From the NCBI GenBank assembly GCA_976551045.1, contig CDPCPM010000213.1, forward strand, positions 7,192,001-7,256,000: 64,000 nt of DNA, given 5' to 3'. Under the pieces are notes generated by a model. That model was not told where the DNA came from. It saw nothing but the letters and a program-made list of their open reading frames with translations, and ran no database searches. Shown one piece after another: positions 24,501 to 37,288 of the stretch. How positions within the stretch are numbered: position 1 is the first letter of the stretch; every line of letters begins with the position of its first letter. Origin of the DNA: Glaucostegus cemiculus (Eukaryota). The position numbers were made by a program, and so were the translations under genes.

Positions 24501-25639
24501 GCTACCAAGCGAGCCACAGCTCTCACAGACTTAGATGTCACTGGGCACACAGCAGTCAAACAATTCTTCTGCTGTTTATCTCCACAATATTCAACTTCTT
24601 CAGGTAGTCATTCTGCAAATCCCTTCCAGCCAATTTGTCCCAAAAATTAGATTTGCATTGGTTTAAATCAATAAACAAAAACTAATAATATCAAAACATG
24701 TGTTTAGACCACTGTTGACCAACTATCTGATATTTCACAGGGTTTCTAAGCTGATGAATAGATAAGTTGCTAGCTTTTCTGCAGCTTTTCTGATTGTCAC
24801 TTCAACAGTACCCAAATACATCTGAAGTGAACAATTCATGTTTGATACGTGGAGACTGTAAAGTCTAGTTTACTGAGGCAATATTGACTAATTCATCATA
24901 TTAATGAAACCCAAATAAATGAAATGCTTACATAATTGTTTTATATTTTTGAAAGATTATTTTGACAGTACTTTTACTATCCGTTATTGGCATTGTGAGA
25001 GCTGAGCTTTGAGTGACTTTTGTATTTTGTAAGTCTGCAGCCTCATTCCCTAGAACAATAAACAATATGCAATGAAGAGAAATAAGCAGTCCAGTTTCAA
25101 GTACAAAACATTAAAAATGCACCACGAGCTTAAATATTGGTTTCCTAATGAATACAAGGTAAACATACTCTAGTAGATCAGAGCAAACCAGGGTCCTGGA
25201 CACAGAGCACTCCATACCAACAAAGCAAGATTTGCTAATATTTTGGGCAATCCAGTATCCCAGATACATACTTAACAAAAGAGTGAGCTAAAGCCAAAGG
25301 CAGTGAGCTGTCTTCAATACATCAAAATAAGTCAGGGCCCAAGGCGCTAAACAATCTGAACTGATCTGAGCACATACATTACACTGGAAGGAGAAATCTA
25401 TTTCACTGCAGGCTTAGTGTAAATTGTTTTTTGAAAATAATAACCTTGAAAATGGAAATTATTACATTAATGAGGTTCACTGAGACTTCGTGGTAAGCTG
25501 TCCTTGTATAATTGTAGTAATTCATGCATGATCTGAAAAGTCTTTTGCTCATGAGTTTAATGTATCTGCAGGATGTGTCTCCCAATCTGGCATACTGTAC
25601 ACTTCTTGCAATAATTTACTCACAGCTGCTTCTGTATAC

Positions 25640-25802
25640 AGCCTGTGGCAAACTCAATGCCAGTATCAGCTTGATGGAAGACAATGAGTAGAGTCAAGAG
25701 GAAGAGACCAGACTAGAACCAAAATGATCCAAAGAGATTGAAACAGACAAATGATAAGAAAAAGACCAGCGATCTAGCCAGCAAGGTGAAGTAAAAAATG
25801 AA
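25640..25802 (+). repeat. 163-bp direct repeat, copy 1
   Basis: About 91% identical to 26544-26705 by manual count (13 substitutions, 1 indel). Confidence 0.95.
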
Positions 25803-26543
25803 TAGATTGAAATAATTAGGTACTAAAGAAGTCTGAACAAACAGATAGTAATGAATAGAATGATATATAAAGTATGTCCATTGGTATAAAGACCCTGTCA
25901 CTAAATCGGAGGCACATTATTGCAGCAAATGGGCTAGGTTTGGAGGCCTTGCATTAATTTCTGTACAGCTAGTCACATTACTTTAATAGGCATGTTGTTA
26001 CACTTTTCATTTCTGGTTTTGATGTCAACTGCATGGAAGCAGACATGATGTGCAGCACCACTGAATGCACTTGCAATGAATAATTAAAAGACCAATCCAC
26101 TTTTGGAATTCAGGAGATGTTCAAGCTTTGGTAGAACAATAGCAATTACAGGATATGGACTTCGGAAGATCAAAGGCTATGCCTTACGTTGAAGATACCT
26201 TCCTAGTTGTATTCCTAGGGTCAGTGGAAAGTTGAGGAGCAGTACTCTTTCCCAGAAATGGTTGAAAGGAAATTTGCAGCCAGTATAAAAATGATGACTC
26301 GAGTTCAGAAAGTCAGTAACAAGCTAATGCCACACTTATACTTGCAGTACATGAAACCCTTGAAATGACAAGGTCAGGGAAGCGAACACTATTTTATATT
26401 TACTTACATGCAGATGTGCATTCCTCATCTTGCATTTGCAAGCCTCCTCCCATCACACCACTCCTAATGGCCATCTGTCTTATGCATGCAACTACTCTTC
26501 TCTTTCCATGCACTTCCTCATATTTCACCTGTCAGTCAGTACG

Positions 26544-26705
26544 AGCCTGTGGCAAACTCCATGCCAACATCAGCCTGATGGCAGACAATGAGTAGAGTCA
26601 AGAAGAAGAGGCCAGACTAGAACCAAAATGATCCAAAGAGACTGAAACAGGCAAATGATACGAAAAAGACTGGAGATCTAGCCAGCAAGGTGAAGTAAAA
26701 ATGAA
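26544..26705 (+). repeat. 162-bp direct repeat, copy 2
   Basis: See 25640-25802. Confidence 0.95.
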
Positions 26706-26769
26706 CCTGTTCCTTATACTTTACTTGGATAGGAAGTTTAAATGAGATTGAAGGGTGAATGGAAAGTAG

Positions 26770-26990
26770 AACACACAGCCTGAGGAGGTCGAGGCAGTGA
26801 CTCACAATGTTTAAGAAATACTTAAATAAATACCCGATCAACAAGGCATAAATTATCATCACAGGCCAAGTGATGGTAAATGGTATTAGTATGGATGGGT
26901 ATTCATTGGTCAGCATGGACATTGGGGGGGGGGGGGGGGCAGTGGGGGCATGCAAAGTACCTGCTTATGAGGTGTGAGACTCTGTGACTC
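26770..26990 (+). mobile_element. CR1/HER1 3' tail fragment
   Basis: gaggcag..actcacaatgtttaagaaatactt...ggtcagcatggac; contains an expanded poly-G run. Confidence 0.6.
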
Positions 26991-27422
26991 AATGACAATT
27001 TGATGCCCCTCCATAGACACCCTCATCCAATTCACTGTCTTAATTCATAGGTCTTTATCTTTATTAGAAAGCAATGTGAAACAGAGGAGGGAGAGAACCA
27101 GGGATGGTCTATATAGCCAATAATTCCAGAGGAGAACTCTCTAGGTGTCAACGCTGTCTCCCTGACCACAGGAAATTAGGAGATGGGGGAAATCGCCTAC
27201 CACAAAATGAACTGTAATCCCACATACCAAAGATGCCGACTCCAGTTGCTTTGTGAGAAAGTCAACCAAATTAAACTTGGAATGGTGGATGGGAGCTAGT
27301 TTCCAGACACCTGTATCTCTGATCATTTCAACAACCACCCCTCCTCCGCAACCTCCATCCACACAGAACACCAACCACTGTTCCCCATTACAAGTTCCCA
27401 TGTGGATTTAAACTTGGCATAA

Positions 27423-27724
27423 GGAGCAACACATTGGTGCATTTGGTAGAGCTGCTGCCCCACAGCTCTAGTGAGTCAGGTTCAATCCCAACCTCTGGTA
27501 CTGTCTCTGTGGAGTTTGCAGGTTCTCCCTGTGACCATGCGAGTTTCCTCCCACATCCCAAAGATGTGCAGGTTGGTAGGTTAATTGTCCATTGTAAATT
27601 GCCTGAGAATGGAGGAAAATAAAATAGGATTAATGTAGGGATAGTGTAAATGGGTGTTCGATGGTTGGCACAGACTCGGTGGGCTGAAAGGCCTGTTTCT
27701 GTGCTGTGAGACTCCATGGCTATA
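27423..27724 (+). mobile_element. HE1-like V-SINE with CR1-type tail
   Basis: tRNA-like head (ggtagagctgctgcc...ggttcaatcc), V-domain remnant (gtttcctcccacatcccaaaga), tail gggctgaaaggcctgtttctgtgctgt. Confidence 0.85.
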
Positions 27725-28044
27725 ACAAGAGTTTCTGTCCCTCCAAGATGAACCCTCAACCTAAACTTCTTTCTGATAGCTGATTGAGGAGGAGGCATGC
27801 TTGCCTTTACTGGCGAGTTCCAACAGAAACTACACTGACATAGGGGTGGAAGCTAACTGTAGTCAGTTCCCTATCTGCCTGTCCCACCATCTAATAACTT
27901 TTATAAACAACAGAAGCAAAAGACAAAATTAGTGTCATAAGGATTTTCAGACAAAAAGAAACTAATAATTACTGAGTGGAAATTCATAAGTAGATACAAA
28001 GTATGGACATGAATAGATATAGATCTGATGTCAGAGACAGAGGC

Positions 28045-28258
28045 AAAGAGAGATACAGCATGGAAGCAGGCCCTTTGGCCCACAGAGTCCATGCTGACCA
28101 ACAAACATCCATTGTTACACTAATCCTGTCCTCTCCACATTCCCATCAACTCCCACCAGCTTCTACAGCTCCTCTCTACCCCAATGGCAACTTACAATGG
28201 CTAATCAACTAACGGATCCACACAATTTTGGGATGAAGATGAAGCACCTGGAGGAAAC
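28045..28258 (-). mobile_element. HE1-like SINE, 3' portion
   Basis: Reverse complement of the CR1-type tail (tacagcatggaagcaggccctttggccca) and of the SINE body. Confidence 0.7.
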
Positions 28259-28734
28259 AAAAACATAACGCCTTCCCGTGTCAAAACTGTACAATGATTC
28301 TATGATTTTAATTGTCTTGAGGGAAATTCATACATAGGAAATACAATGATTTTTATTGTATTAAGGGAAATTCAGCAATTCAATTCCTCAGAGATCAGTC
28401 AGAAACAATATAACAAAGTATTTTTAAGTAGTTCATCACAGTTGTTTATAATAGTAAGCAAAATGCATCAGTGCAAATAGTTATTTTTTATACTTCTATT
28501 TGTAATCTGGAACATCAAGGTTTTTATCATTTCAGCCCTCCAAAAGCTGAAGAACATGTTGTCAGAGGAACAATAGCTGCCCAGCTTTTAAAAATGAACC
28601 ATGATAAATAGCAGAGAAAATTGGGTTACTTGGGCACAGATGCCAGCTGCGGCTATTGTCTGCATTCATGCCCTAGTCAGTAGATCGTATATCCTAGACC
28701 CATCCCAGAGAATTAAGGATTAAAAACAAATATG

Positions 28735-29048
28735 GTGACAATCTAGTGCAGTACTGAGAGTGCTGCATTGTTGAAAATACAATTTTTTAGATGTGATTGT
28801 GAGCTGAGACCATGTTTGTCCTCTCAGCTTGATGTTAAACATGCTGACACTACTTTGAGTCTCAGTATCTAGCTAATATTTCTTGCTCAATCAACAAAGC
28901 TAAAGAAATAGATTTCTGCTCATTAGCACATTGCTTTTTCTTACTTTGTTCATTTCTTACATTACGGCAACAACAACAAGTACTTAATGGATTGCAAAGT
29001 ACTTAGGAACATCCTGAGTTCATGAAAGGCGCAAGAAAGATGTAATTT
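28735..29048 (+). mobile_element. Deu-domain SINE (SacSINE1/AmnSINE1-like), head-truncated
   Basis: agtgcagtactgagagtgctgcattgtt...cattagcacattgct...ttacattac...aagtactt...catcctgag..catgaaaggcgc. Confidence 0.7.
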
Positions 29049-29394
29049 TCGGAAGTTTACATCTGAAACTTGCACTCAGCGATGAAGCCTTAGAGGTGGA
29101 AAAAGGACACTGTTTATTTTTAATGGTTAAACGATTAAGCAGAGGTCCAGGTTTTGGTGTCTTTTTTTTTTAATTGCAAATCCATTTATCTTGGTACCTT
29201 TTTAAAAGTTGGGCACAGGTACTGTTCCTCTGATAAGAGGTAGCACTTTGGAAAGATGCTCTGATTTATGAAAGCTTGCCGAATTTCACATTTATGTAAG
29301 TTTTTTTTGTTTGCTTTCAGATGTAGAAAACTGTCATTTCAAAATCTTACTGTGCTTGAGGAAGACTGATTATTTTACCCGAAGCTGCACAACT

Positions 29395-29850
29395 TAAAGA
29401 GACTGACATTTATATAATACCTCATGTCCCAAAGTGCTTTCAGGCAGTGAAGTGCTCATGAAGTGCAGCTGCATTTGTAATGTAAGGAACAAAGCAGCCC
29501 GTTTATGCACAGCAAGCTCTCAGCACTTTCTTATCAGAATCTGGTGAGATAAATGAGCAGATGATCTGTTTCATGTATTGACAGATGAGTGTTGCTGTGA
29601 AACTCCCCTGAATTTCTTTATCTAATGCAATTATATCTCCAATGTCTGTCTAAAGTTTATAGAACCCATTTAAGTAGCAGAGTACATTGCTTTCAGAATT
29701 TTGCACATGCAATAAAGAGCAATTTCCACCTCAGTCTCTCTAAAGTCTCAAGAATCCCAGTCTTGCAACATCAGCAGCATTGGATTTTGTATTCAAATTG
29801 AGGTCATGTTTTTCAGAGACAAGAGTGCCACCACCAAGTCACAGCTTAGA
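29395..29850 (-). mobile_element. Deu-domain SINE, inverted relative to 28735
   Basis: catttatata...gtcccaaagtgcttt...tgtaatgtaaggaac...gcagcc..tttatgcacagcaagctc is the reverse complement of the Deu domain and tail. Confidence 0.7.
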
Positions 29851-32800
29851 CTTGCCAGTATTGCTATATGTACATTTTTATGCTCCCCATTAGGGTGTGC
29901 TAGAATGAGGTGGACATGATGGGCTAGTGAGCAGTAACCAATGCATTAAACTTCAGTTGCTCATTTTTGAGCATCATCATTACGATAGGAAGTGACTGGA
30001 GTCCAGGAGTTAGAGGAGCAGCAGGAGTGTCAGAGTCCAGAAGATCACTGGGCTGTTCCAGTTCCTGCAACACTCCAAAAGGCAATGATGTCATCATGTT
30101 GGGGGTCACAACAGGAAGTGCCCAGTCAAGTTTCAAGATGAAACATATCAACACAACCATAGGAATGGTTGTTATCACATTTCATTAGTGATCAGAATTA
30201 ACTTTCAGTTAAAAAACACTGAAATCAACAGCATTTGGAATTTGATTTTCCAGACAGAATTTTCCAATGTTGTGAACCAATCGATCATGAACTAGGACAT
30301 CCCCCACCACCCCCCCAACCCCATCACTGCCCCAAAGGCACTGATGCTCCAGTGTACTAGCAGAGTCTACAGAACTTAAAAACTGGTGTGCACAGCTCAG
30401 CTGCCCCTTTTCCCCAAAATCAAGGGAAGTTGCCTCTAGATTAAAGTACAATATGTTGGAAAGAATAGCTGGAATGGTGACCTTCATATAGAACAACTTG
30501 GATGTTGATAATCACCAAATATTATTTATGTATATTTAAATATGAAACAGCATCTTTTAAGGTATGTTTATTCTGCCTGCAAATAAGAATTGGAGATAAG
30601 ATCATATCAGGGAGAGATTTTCTCTTTCTAGAACAAAATCATCAGCATATTTGAAGGAGGATTTTGTGTCAAAAAGAGATCAGTGGATCCCTTATAGCTA
30701 CACTTCAGCACCAAAACATTGTTTATTGACTAATCAGAAGTCATCTCAACAGGCCAGAGATAAAGTAAAGGCAGCAAGTAGAAGCATACACACTGTTTGA
30801 AACTGGGTACAAAATGGAAACTTGTTTCATCGCATGAACAATGAGCAATGCACAGAAGCCACAATGAAGCAGGCAGCTGTTAAGTTTTCGCCATCTGCCA
30901 GCTGGAGGATAGAGACATGAATTACAGATAGTGTGAGAAAATCCATTCATTGTGTTTCTGAATCAATTTTTAAAGGTAATGGAATGTCTTGTACACCATT
31001 TACTGACTTGGTAAAAACGCTTCAATATACTCAAAAGCAAGCTAAAGTAAGGTAGATCTTTACCGTAGGCAACTCCACTACAAGTGCAATATAGTAGAAG
31101 CTGTGTGATGTGGCCAGCCTTTCATGAAGTTGACCAGCATGATTAAGCACAAGAGAAAATAGGGAATGCTGGAATAAAAAGACTATAGTCCATCTTTTCA
31201 GATCCTGCCACAAATAAAATATAATTTAGTATTGACAGAAATTTTTGTTAAGATCTTCCTTCCCTATAATTAAGTATTTGTTAATGTTACCATAATCCGC
31301 AACAGAGGAAAACCCACCCTGGGTTGAATTTTAGGAACTGCAAATCCAATATCACTTTTTTCCACCCAAGCACATGACACTTAATTCTGTCTAGTTTGCA
31401 ATTCTGGTTGGTAAAACTGCTTTGCATGCCGAGAATGATTACCTTCCAATTTGAACAGGGAAGAGAATGCTTAGTGTAATACTGACACCATTAAGTCAAA
31501 TATTTGTTTAAATATCTTTTGAGAGTATGATTTACTATCTTCAGAAGTGCAAGTTCACTTTTTCATTCTTCCCCTCCAAAGTTGAAGGTCATGTCAGAAC
31601 ATGTCACATCATTAATAGGTTTCTTAAGACAAATTAATAGCAGTAGATAGCTGCAGAGAGGTTAATTCACATCAGCAGAGTAAATTCACCAATTTCATGA
31701 CAAAGAATTAACTGTATTGGGCCAGCTCACAGCAAGAATGCAACTTGTCACTTCTATTTGTAGCTGTGGAGAAATGGAATTCATGGAAAATCTTTTCTGA
31801 GCCACAAGTTGCTGGATCTATTGCAAACTTTTGATGTCAATCCATTGAGCCCACCTTTAATTCTCCATTATTTCTGTGCCAGTACTAAAAAAATCCCAGA
31901 GGAGAGATCCCAGCAAAACTGCCTTTTGACCAGCAACAACTGCACTGATACAGGGGAATGCACTGTCAATTCCTCCAAATTATTTTAAGACCGAGGGGTG
32001 AAGTTCTTGATCCATGAAAATGCAAGACCACCAGAACATGACAAGACCCAAGTAATCAAAGCACATTGCTCCCTGACATTTTCAACTCATAAATACAAAA
32101 GAAAGTGATAAAGTTGCAGTCAGTGTTTTCAGTGGCTGTCTGATTGAAAGGCTTTGGAGTGAGATGCTGTCTGTCACAAATGCTTATCATTAGAGCTATC
32201 CAAAGCTTATTCAATCTGTTTCTGGAGGACAGGGTATGGCAGGCTTTTGCTGGATTCATTTTGAAAACAATAAGACTTGTCACTTGAGAATAGCCCTCCA
32301 GCTGATGCAGATAGAAGGCTGTAGTTTGGACAGGAAAGTATACCTGTTTGTTTTGAAGGTGAAAAAAGTCTATGATGTAGATTAAGATGGGTAGTTATAT
32401 GTATGAACATGTCCAGCCTTTAAAGCAAGGGGTGGAAGTGTTGACTGATGATACTTTGTACCAAGCAGTAAAACTGCAGAGACCTTACACACTGGATGCA
32501 AGACCAAGTGAAATTGTGCTTTCAGAGAACAAGATTAAAAAGTTATTTTGTGTGAACACCAGTCTTAAGTATGTAAGTTAATTGTTAAAGATCAAATCAA
32601 AAATGAAAGCAAAACAATGTTACCTTGTCTGAGGATCTTCATGCAAGTTGGATCAAGTTCTGAAGGTGAGTTTGAGTTGAAGTTACACAAATAACGGCAA
32701 TTTGTTACAAATTTCTGGAAAGGTACAAACTTACTCAATGAGCATACCAGTGACAAATTAACCCTCCCTGGGATCTACATACCCGTGACATGGCTTAATT

Positions 32801-33544
32801 ATGGCACTGGTATGACTGAGTATTTTTACTCAACTTTTTAAACCATTCTTTGAGTGTTTCAACGAGGCTCACAAGGAAGTCACACACCTCCAGAACCCAA
32901 CTTGCTTCTCTCTCCCATCACCTACCAAACAAGATACCAGAGATGACTCCTTTGGAAGTGCTGGGGGTGTGGCCAAATTGCAGTGCCCACCTGCCAGCCT
33001 TCAAATCACTCCCTCATTAATGATATTTAATGTTAATTTATTCTGGGAGATTAAAGATGTAGAAACTGAATTTGAGTAAATGGCAATGCACATTTGAGCT
33101 TTCAATCAAACAACCAAGATCTTGTTGAATGACAGAATAGACTTGAGGGCCAGTTGGCCCACTCCTGTTCCTGATATATGTGCTCCTATATATCACGTGT
33201 GGTAGCTAGTAGCCTGATAAAAGGATTTCACTGTAATTACTCTGCAATCAGTGTACTTTCACACAGTAATTGAGCTCAGGTTGGTTTGACTTTTGTTTAC
33301 TTAACAACTTAACGGGAGCTACTATTAATGCCACAGATTGTTTCAGCTGATTGAATGGATACAATATATTCTGATTTGACCCATTGACCATAAATTCTTC
33401 AAGATGACCCAAAGCTGTAAGATTTATTTAATTGCTTAATTTCATTAAATATCATGCAGCAGAGTCTGAGCTGCAATGTGCTTTAATCTTACACTTTCAT
33501 AAGAGTGCTACAAGTAGAACTGCACATCAATTTATTGCTTACCA

Positions 33545-33935
33545 AAAATATGAAAGCAATGTTAAACTTATAGACCACACTTGAAGGACCATCTGCATTT
33601 CAGGTTCCAAAGCAGATTAAGTAGTAGAGGGAAAATTTTCAAACTGCCACTAAAATTCAGAAGTTGTAATTATTAGAAAAGAACCATCAGGGACTGGGGC
33701 TGGAATAATGTTGGCGCCAAAGAATAAAACAAGCCGGAGTTGTTTTGTTTGGGACAGAGGAAACTAAGGGAAGTATATAGATTTGATACATTTAAAGGAA
33801 AGCTGGTGCATATAAAAGTAGTAAACAGAAGCATGTGAAAACAGTATGGTTAGATACAATTAGAATTACTGAAGGCGCTTGTGGAAAGTAAGCACTGGCA
33901 AAGAATGCTTCCGAGTTGTATATTCTACGTGTTTC
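33545..33935 (+). mobile_element. Decayed CR1 fragment
   Basis: agaccacacttgaa (RPHLE) and CR1-like downstream and tail sequence. Confidence 0.5.
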
Positions 33936-33969
33936 TAAATAACATTTAATTCTGAAATTTTGGTTTCAT

Positions 33970-34560
33970 AAAGAGACCAATACTGTACTCCAATGTTGAG
34001 ACCTATACTGTGGTCTCAGTAATGAGCTTTATAACTGAAGCATCACCTTCCAACTTTTGTATTGTTTAGCAACAAACAACATTCTGCTACATTTCTTAAT
34101 TGTTTGCTGTATGACATCTTAACTTTCTGTAAACCATGCATGAGGACATCCAGATCCCTCCACATCTTAGAGCTCTGCAATCTCTCACCACTTAGATAAC
34201 ATGCTTTTCAATTTATCATTCTTCCTCCCACAATGGACAATTTGACATTTTCCAACAATACACTATTTGCCAGATTCAAAAACAAGTTAGCCTCCTTATG
34301 GCCTCTTCACAACTTACCTTCCTACCTATCTTTGTGTCATGTCATCAGCAAAGTTAGCAACTATACCTTTGACCCTTCCAGCAAGTCATTAATATAAATT
34401 GTGAAATAATGAGGCCTCCATGCCATCCTTGTGGCACACCAGTTATTATATCTTGACACCCAGAGAAAAAACTATTTACGCCTAATTATCTATTTCTTGT
34501 TACCCTGTCAATCTTCTATTCACACCAATATGTTACCTCCTACGCCATAAATTTTATTTG
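33970..34560 (-). mobile_element. CR1 LINE RT fragment
   Basis: Minus strand GIVANFADD...TKIG and RDLDVL, the CR1 RT motifs FADDTKI and RDLGV. Confidence 0.8.
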
Positions 34561-35545
34561 AAATATTTAACTTTGTTTCCCTCAAGTTGTTTAAAGTAGA
34601 AAATTATATAAATACTCCTTTTGCCTGAAAAGGCATGTTAGATGGGTCCTAAGCAATAGCCCAATGAATATTTGTTTGAGGATCTAAATTTCTATTGAAT
34701 ACAGGGCCTAAGATAAGTGGAAGAGCCTGCTGAGTCCAGAGGTTCTGTGGTTGATGGGAGGTCAGGGTACCAGTTAGAATAGAGACTGGGATGCTAGGGT
34801 GTGGATTGATCGTGGGGGTTGATAAGGTTCCATTCTCCTGTTTCAGAAGGGTTTGGACGCATTTGGCTGCCTGTAGAGATGAGGTCGTGGCATGTTGACT
34901 GGGGTTAGGGGTGATGAATGGACACAAGTGAGAATGGCTACAAGGGGTAATTTTTTTAATATTAAAGTGGATCTATTGAAGTTGTTCCCAGTACTAGTTC
35001 TTTAAGCTGGATACATCAGTTCATGATGAAACTGCCTCACAAGCAGCCCACACTGCCTGCAGGCCACACTTGGATAAAAATCATGGAATTGACATTCAGA
35101 CTGACATTGTATGCTGTTGAAAACCACGCAGCATATCCAAGCACCTCTGTACATCAGCAGGTCAGATGCACAGAGAACCCTGTAGGAAAATTGTGCATGC
35201 TGTGATCTGCACAGGAAGTCTCTGTTTCAATTCAATCATACATATTGTGCTACAATACATTATTTGTAGGATGATGTGCTGGTCTGAGAGATCCAAACAC
35301 TTGAGGAAAACTTTTCTACATCAAACATGGAAGAAAACAAAACTGCTGACATTCCAACACAATGGCCTAACCCAAGGAAGAGTATTGGCAACTGGCTCTA
35401 TCAAGTTATACAAACAAACCAATTCATCCAAACACAGTAACTTCATCTGCACTATTCAACTGGCAATAGCAGTGCAAGCAGGGAACTTTGCTCAGATCGA
35501 ATACACCATAACAGAAGGGTGACTGTCTACTGTGCTGCTGACCAA

Positions 35546-35854
35546 GAGTAATACAGATAGTAGAGCTGCTGCTTCATAGCTCCAGCAACCGGTTTCAACA
35601 CCGATCTCCAGTGCATTCAGTGTGGAGTTTACACGTTCTCCCTGTGACTGCATAAGTTTCCTGCAGCTGTTCAATTTCCTCCCACGTCCCAAACACACAT
35701 GGATTGTTGGGTTAATTACCTCGGGGGTACCGATGGGAATGTAGGGAGAATAAAATGGATTTAGTGCAGGATTAGTGTAAATGGGTTGTTGGTGATCAGC
35801 GCAGACTCGTCAGGTTGAAGGACCTGTGTGCGTACTGCATGACTGAATGACTAT
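35546..35854 (+). mobile_element. HE1-like V-SINE (CR1-type tail) inserted in the Vingi relic
   Basis: gtagagctgctgc...gtgtggagttt..acgttctccctgtgactgc...tttcctcccacgtcccaaa...gaaggacctgt. Confidence 0.85.
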
Positions 35855-36387
35855 AAACCAAATCTAAAAATCATAGGTCAGCCTTTTCCCCCTGCACAAT
35901 CATGGTGCAAATAAAAAGTTCAAATATGGTGGGCGGGGGTAGGAGGAGGGGGGGGGGGGGGAAAGAGATAAAGAGATACCTCAGTCACAGCACAAACCCA
36001 GCTGACCTCAGAGTAACCTTCCAAATAACCCACACTGGAGCCACAATGAGAAGATAAAAAAATCAGTGTCCAAAATAACATATTGAAGTTTGAAAATTCA
36101 TAATTATGACCTGCATTTGCCCAATGATACCCCAGCACCAAAAACAGTCAGTTATTATGGGAATGGTCCACCCATACAATAAAAGCTACTGACCAGTTGA
36201 ATGACAGAACCATCCCTGGATACCATAAGCCAACAAATGTCGACAACTTGTGGATCCGCACTGGATTAACACAGCCAGAGTTGTGGGCAGCTAAGGAAAA
36301 ATGTCAGATATCCTCCACAAGAAAAATAACCAAATATCATGTAGGAGCTTCCTCGTGAAACAGAGGTAGCCAGCATAAAATACAGTA

Positions 36388-36686
36388 TAAGACATCTTTA
36401 TTAGTCACATGTACATTGAAACACACAGCGAAATGCATCTTTTGCATAGTGTTCTGGGGGGGGGGGGGGGTGCAAACTGCAAGTGTCACCACGCTTCTAG
36501 CGCCTACCTAGCGTGCCCACAACTTCCTAATCTGTAAGTCTCTGGAATGTGGGAGGAAACCAGAGCTCCCAGAGGAAACCTATGCAGACACAGGGAGAAT
36601 GTACATACAGACAGTGATGGGAATTGAACCCAGGTAGCTGGTGCTTATATAGCATTATGCTAACTGCTACACCACTGTGCCTGCCC
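36388..36686 (-). mobile_element. V-SINE with Rex-like tail (same family as 6038) inserted in the Vingi relic
   Basis: Reverse complement aligns along its length with 6038-6341. Confidence 0.9.
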
Positions 36687-37256
36687 TACGTTACCACCAC
36701 CTGTGAAACCACAGGAGAAAGCAAGGACATTAGGGTGACTTGAGCAAGGAAGAGAACAAATGAATCTTCTGAAAGGCCCTAGACCACCTCCATATCCAAG
36801 TTGACCATTCGGAGCCAGTATGGTGAAAAGGGCTACACTACAAAAATGGAGACCTTATGTTGCAGTAAGAGGCAGATGATGCAACACCTTGAGGTCAGCC
36901 TGCACATGTTCCAGGACTGTGCTAAGGCCAGCTTGCAAGCTTTGCATTGCACCAATCAATGGAAAGAGATATGACCTTGGTGGATGAATGCAAGAGGTGG
37001 AGATTGTGTTCATGTTGTATTCATACTGGTAAGATGAAATATACATAAGAATCTGATTATTCAGTGTATGGCTTAGTTTGCTTTCAAATTGTCTTAATCT
37101 TAAATGTTAGCTGCCAAAAAATCCACATGGACAATCTGGGAACATGATTGAATTCTGCTATATTTATAGCAGTGAAGTTTACATCTTGAACTCTGCAATT
37201 ACAAGTCATTCAGTCACCCCTGTTATGCTCAATGAAAAATAAACTTTAATATGACT

Positions 37257-37288
37257 GCACGCGCACACACACACACACACACACACAG
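37257..37288 (+). repeat. (CA)n microsatellite
   Basis: gcacgcgcacacacacacacacacacacacag. Confidence 0.95.

Larger units (their letters stand above)
35165..36975 (+). mobile_element. Vingi/Ingi-clade LINE relic (RT and C-terminal domain), interrupted by two SINEs
   Basis: Collinear decayed peptides QHNGLTQGRVLA...NFICTIQLAIAVQ (QKNGLPQGSVLAP...FIYADDLA), FPLHNHGANKK, HSTNPADLRVTF, SVQNNIL, WEWSTHTIKATDQLNDRTIPGYHKPTNVDNL and KALDHLHIQV...ASMVK...QMMQHL follow the Vingi ORF motif order. Confidence 0.75.

Noticed and set aside
26090-26390. Possible Harbinger Myb relic (DVQALVEQ...MTRSGK)
   Set aside because: Only two short motifs with wrong spacing; too weak to call.
29430-29452. miR-17-like caaagtgctttcaggcag
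   Set aside because: Lies in the reverse-complement Deu-SINE tail and has no precursor hairpin.
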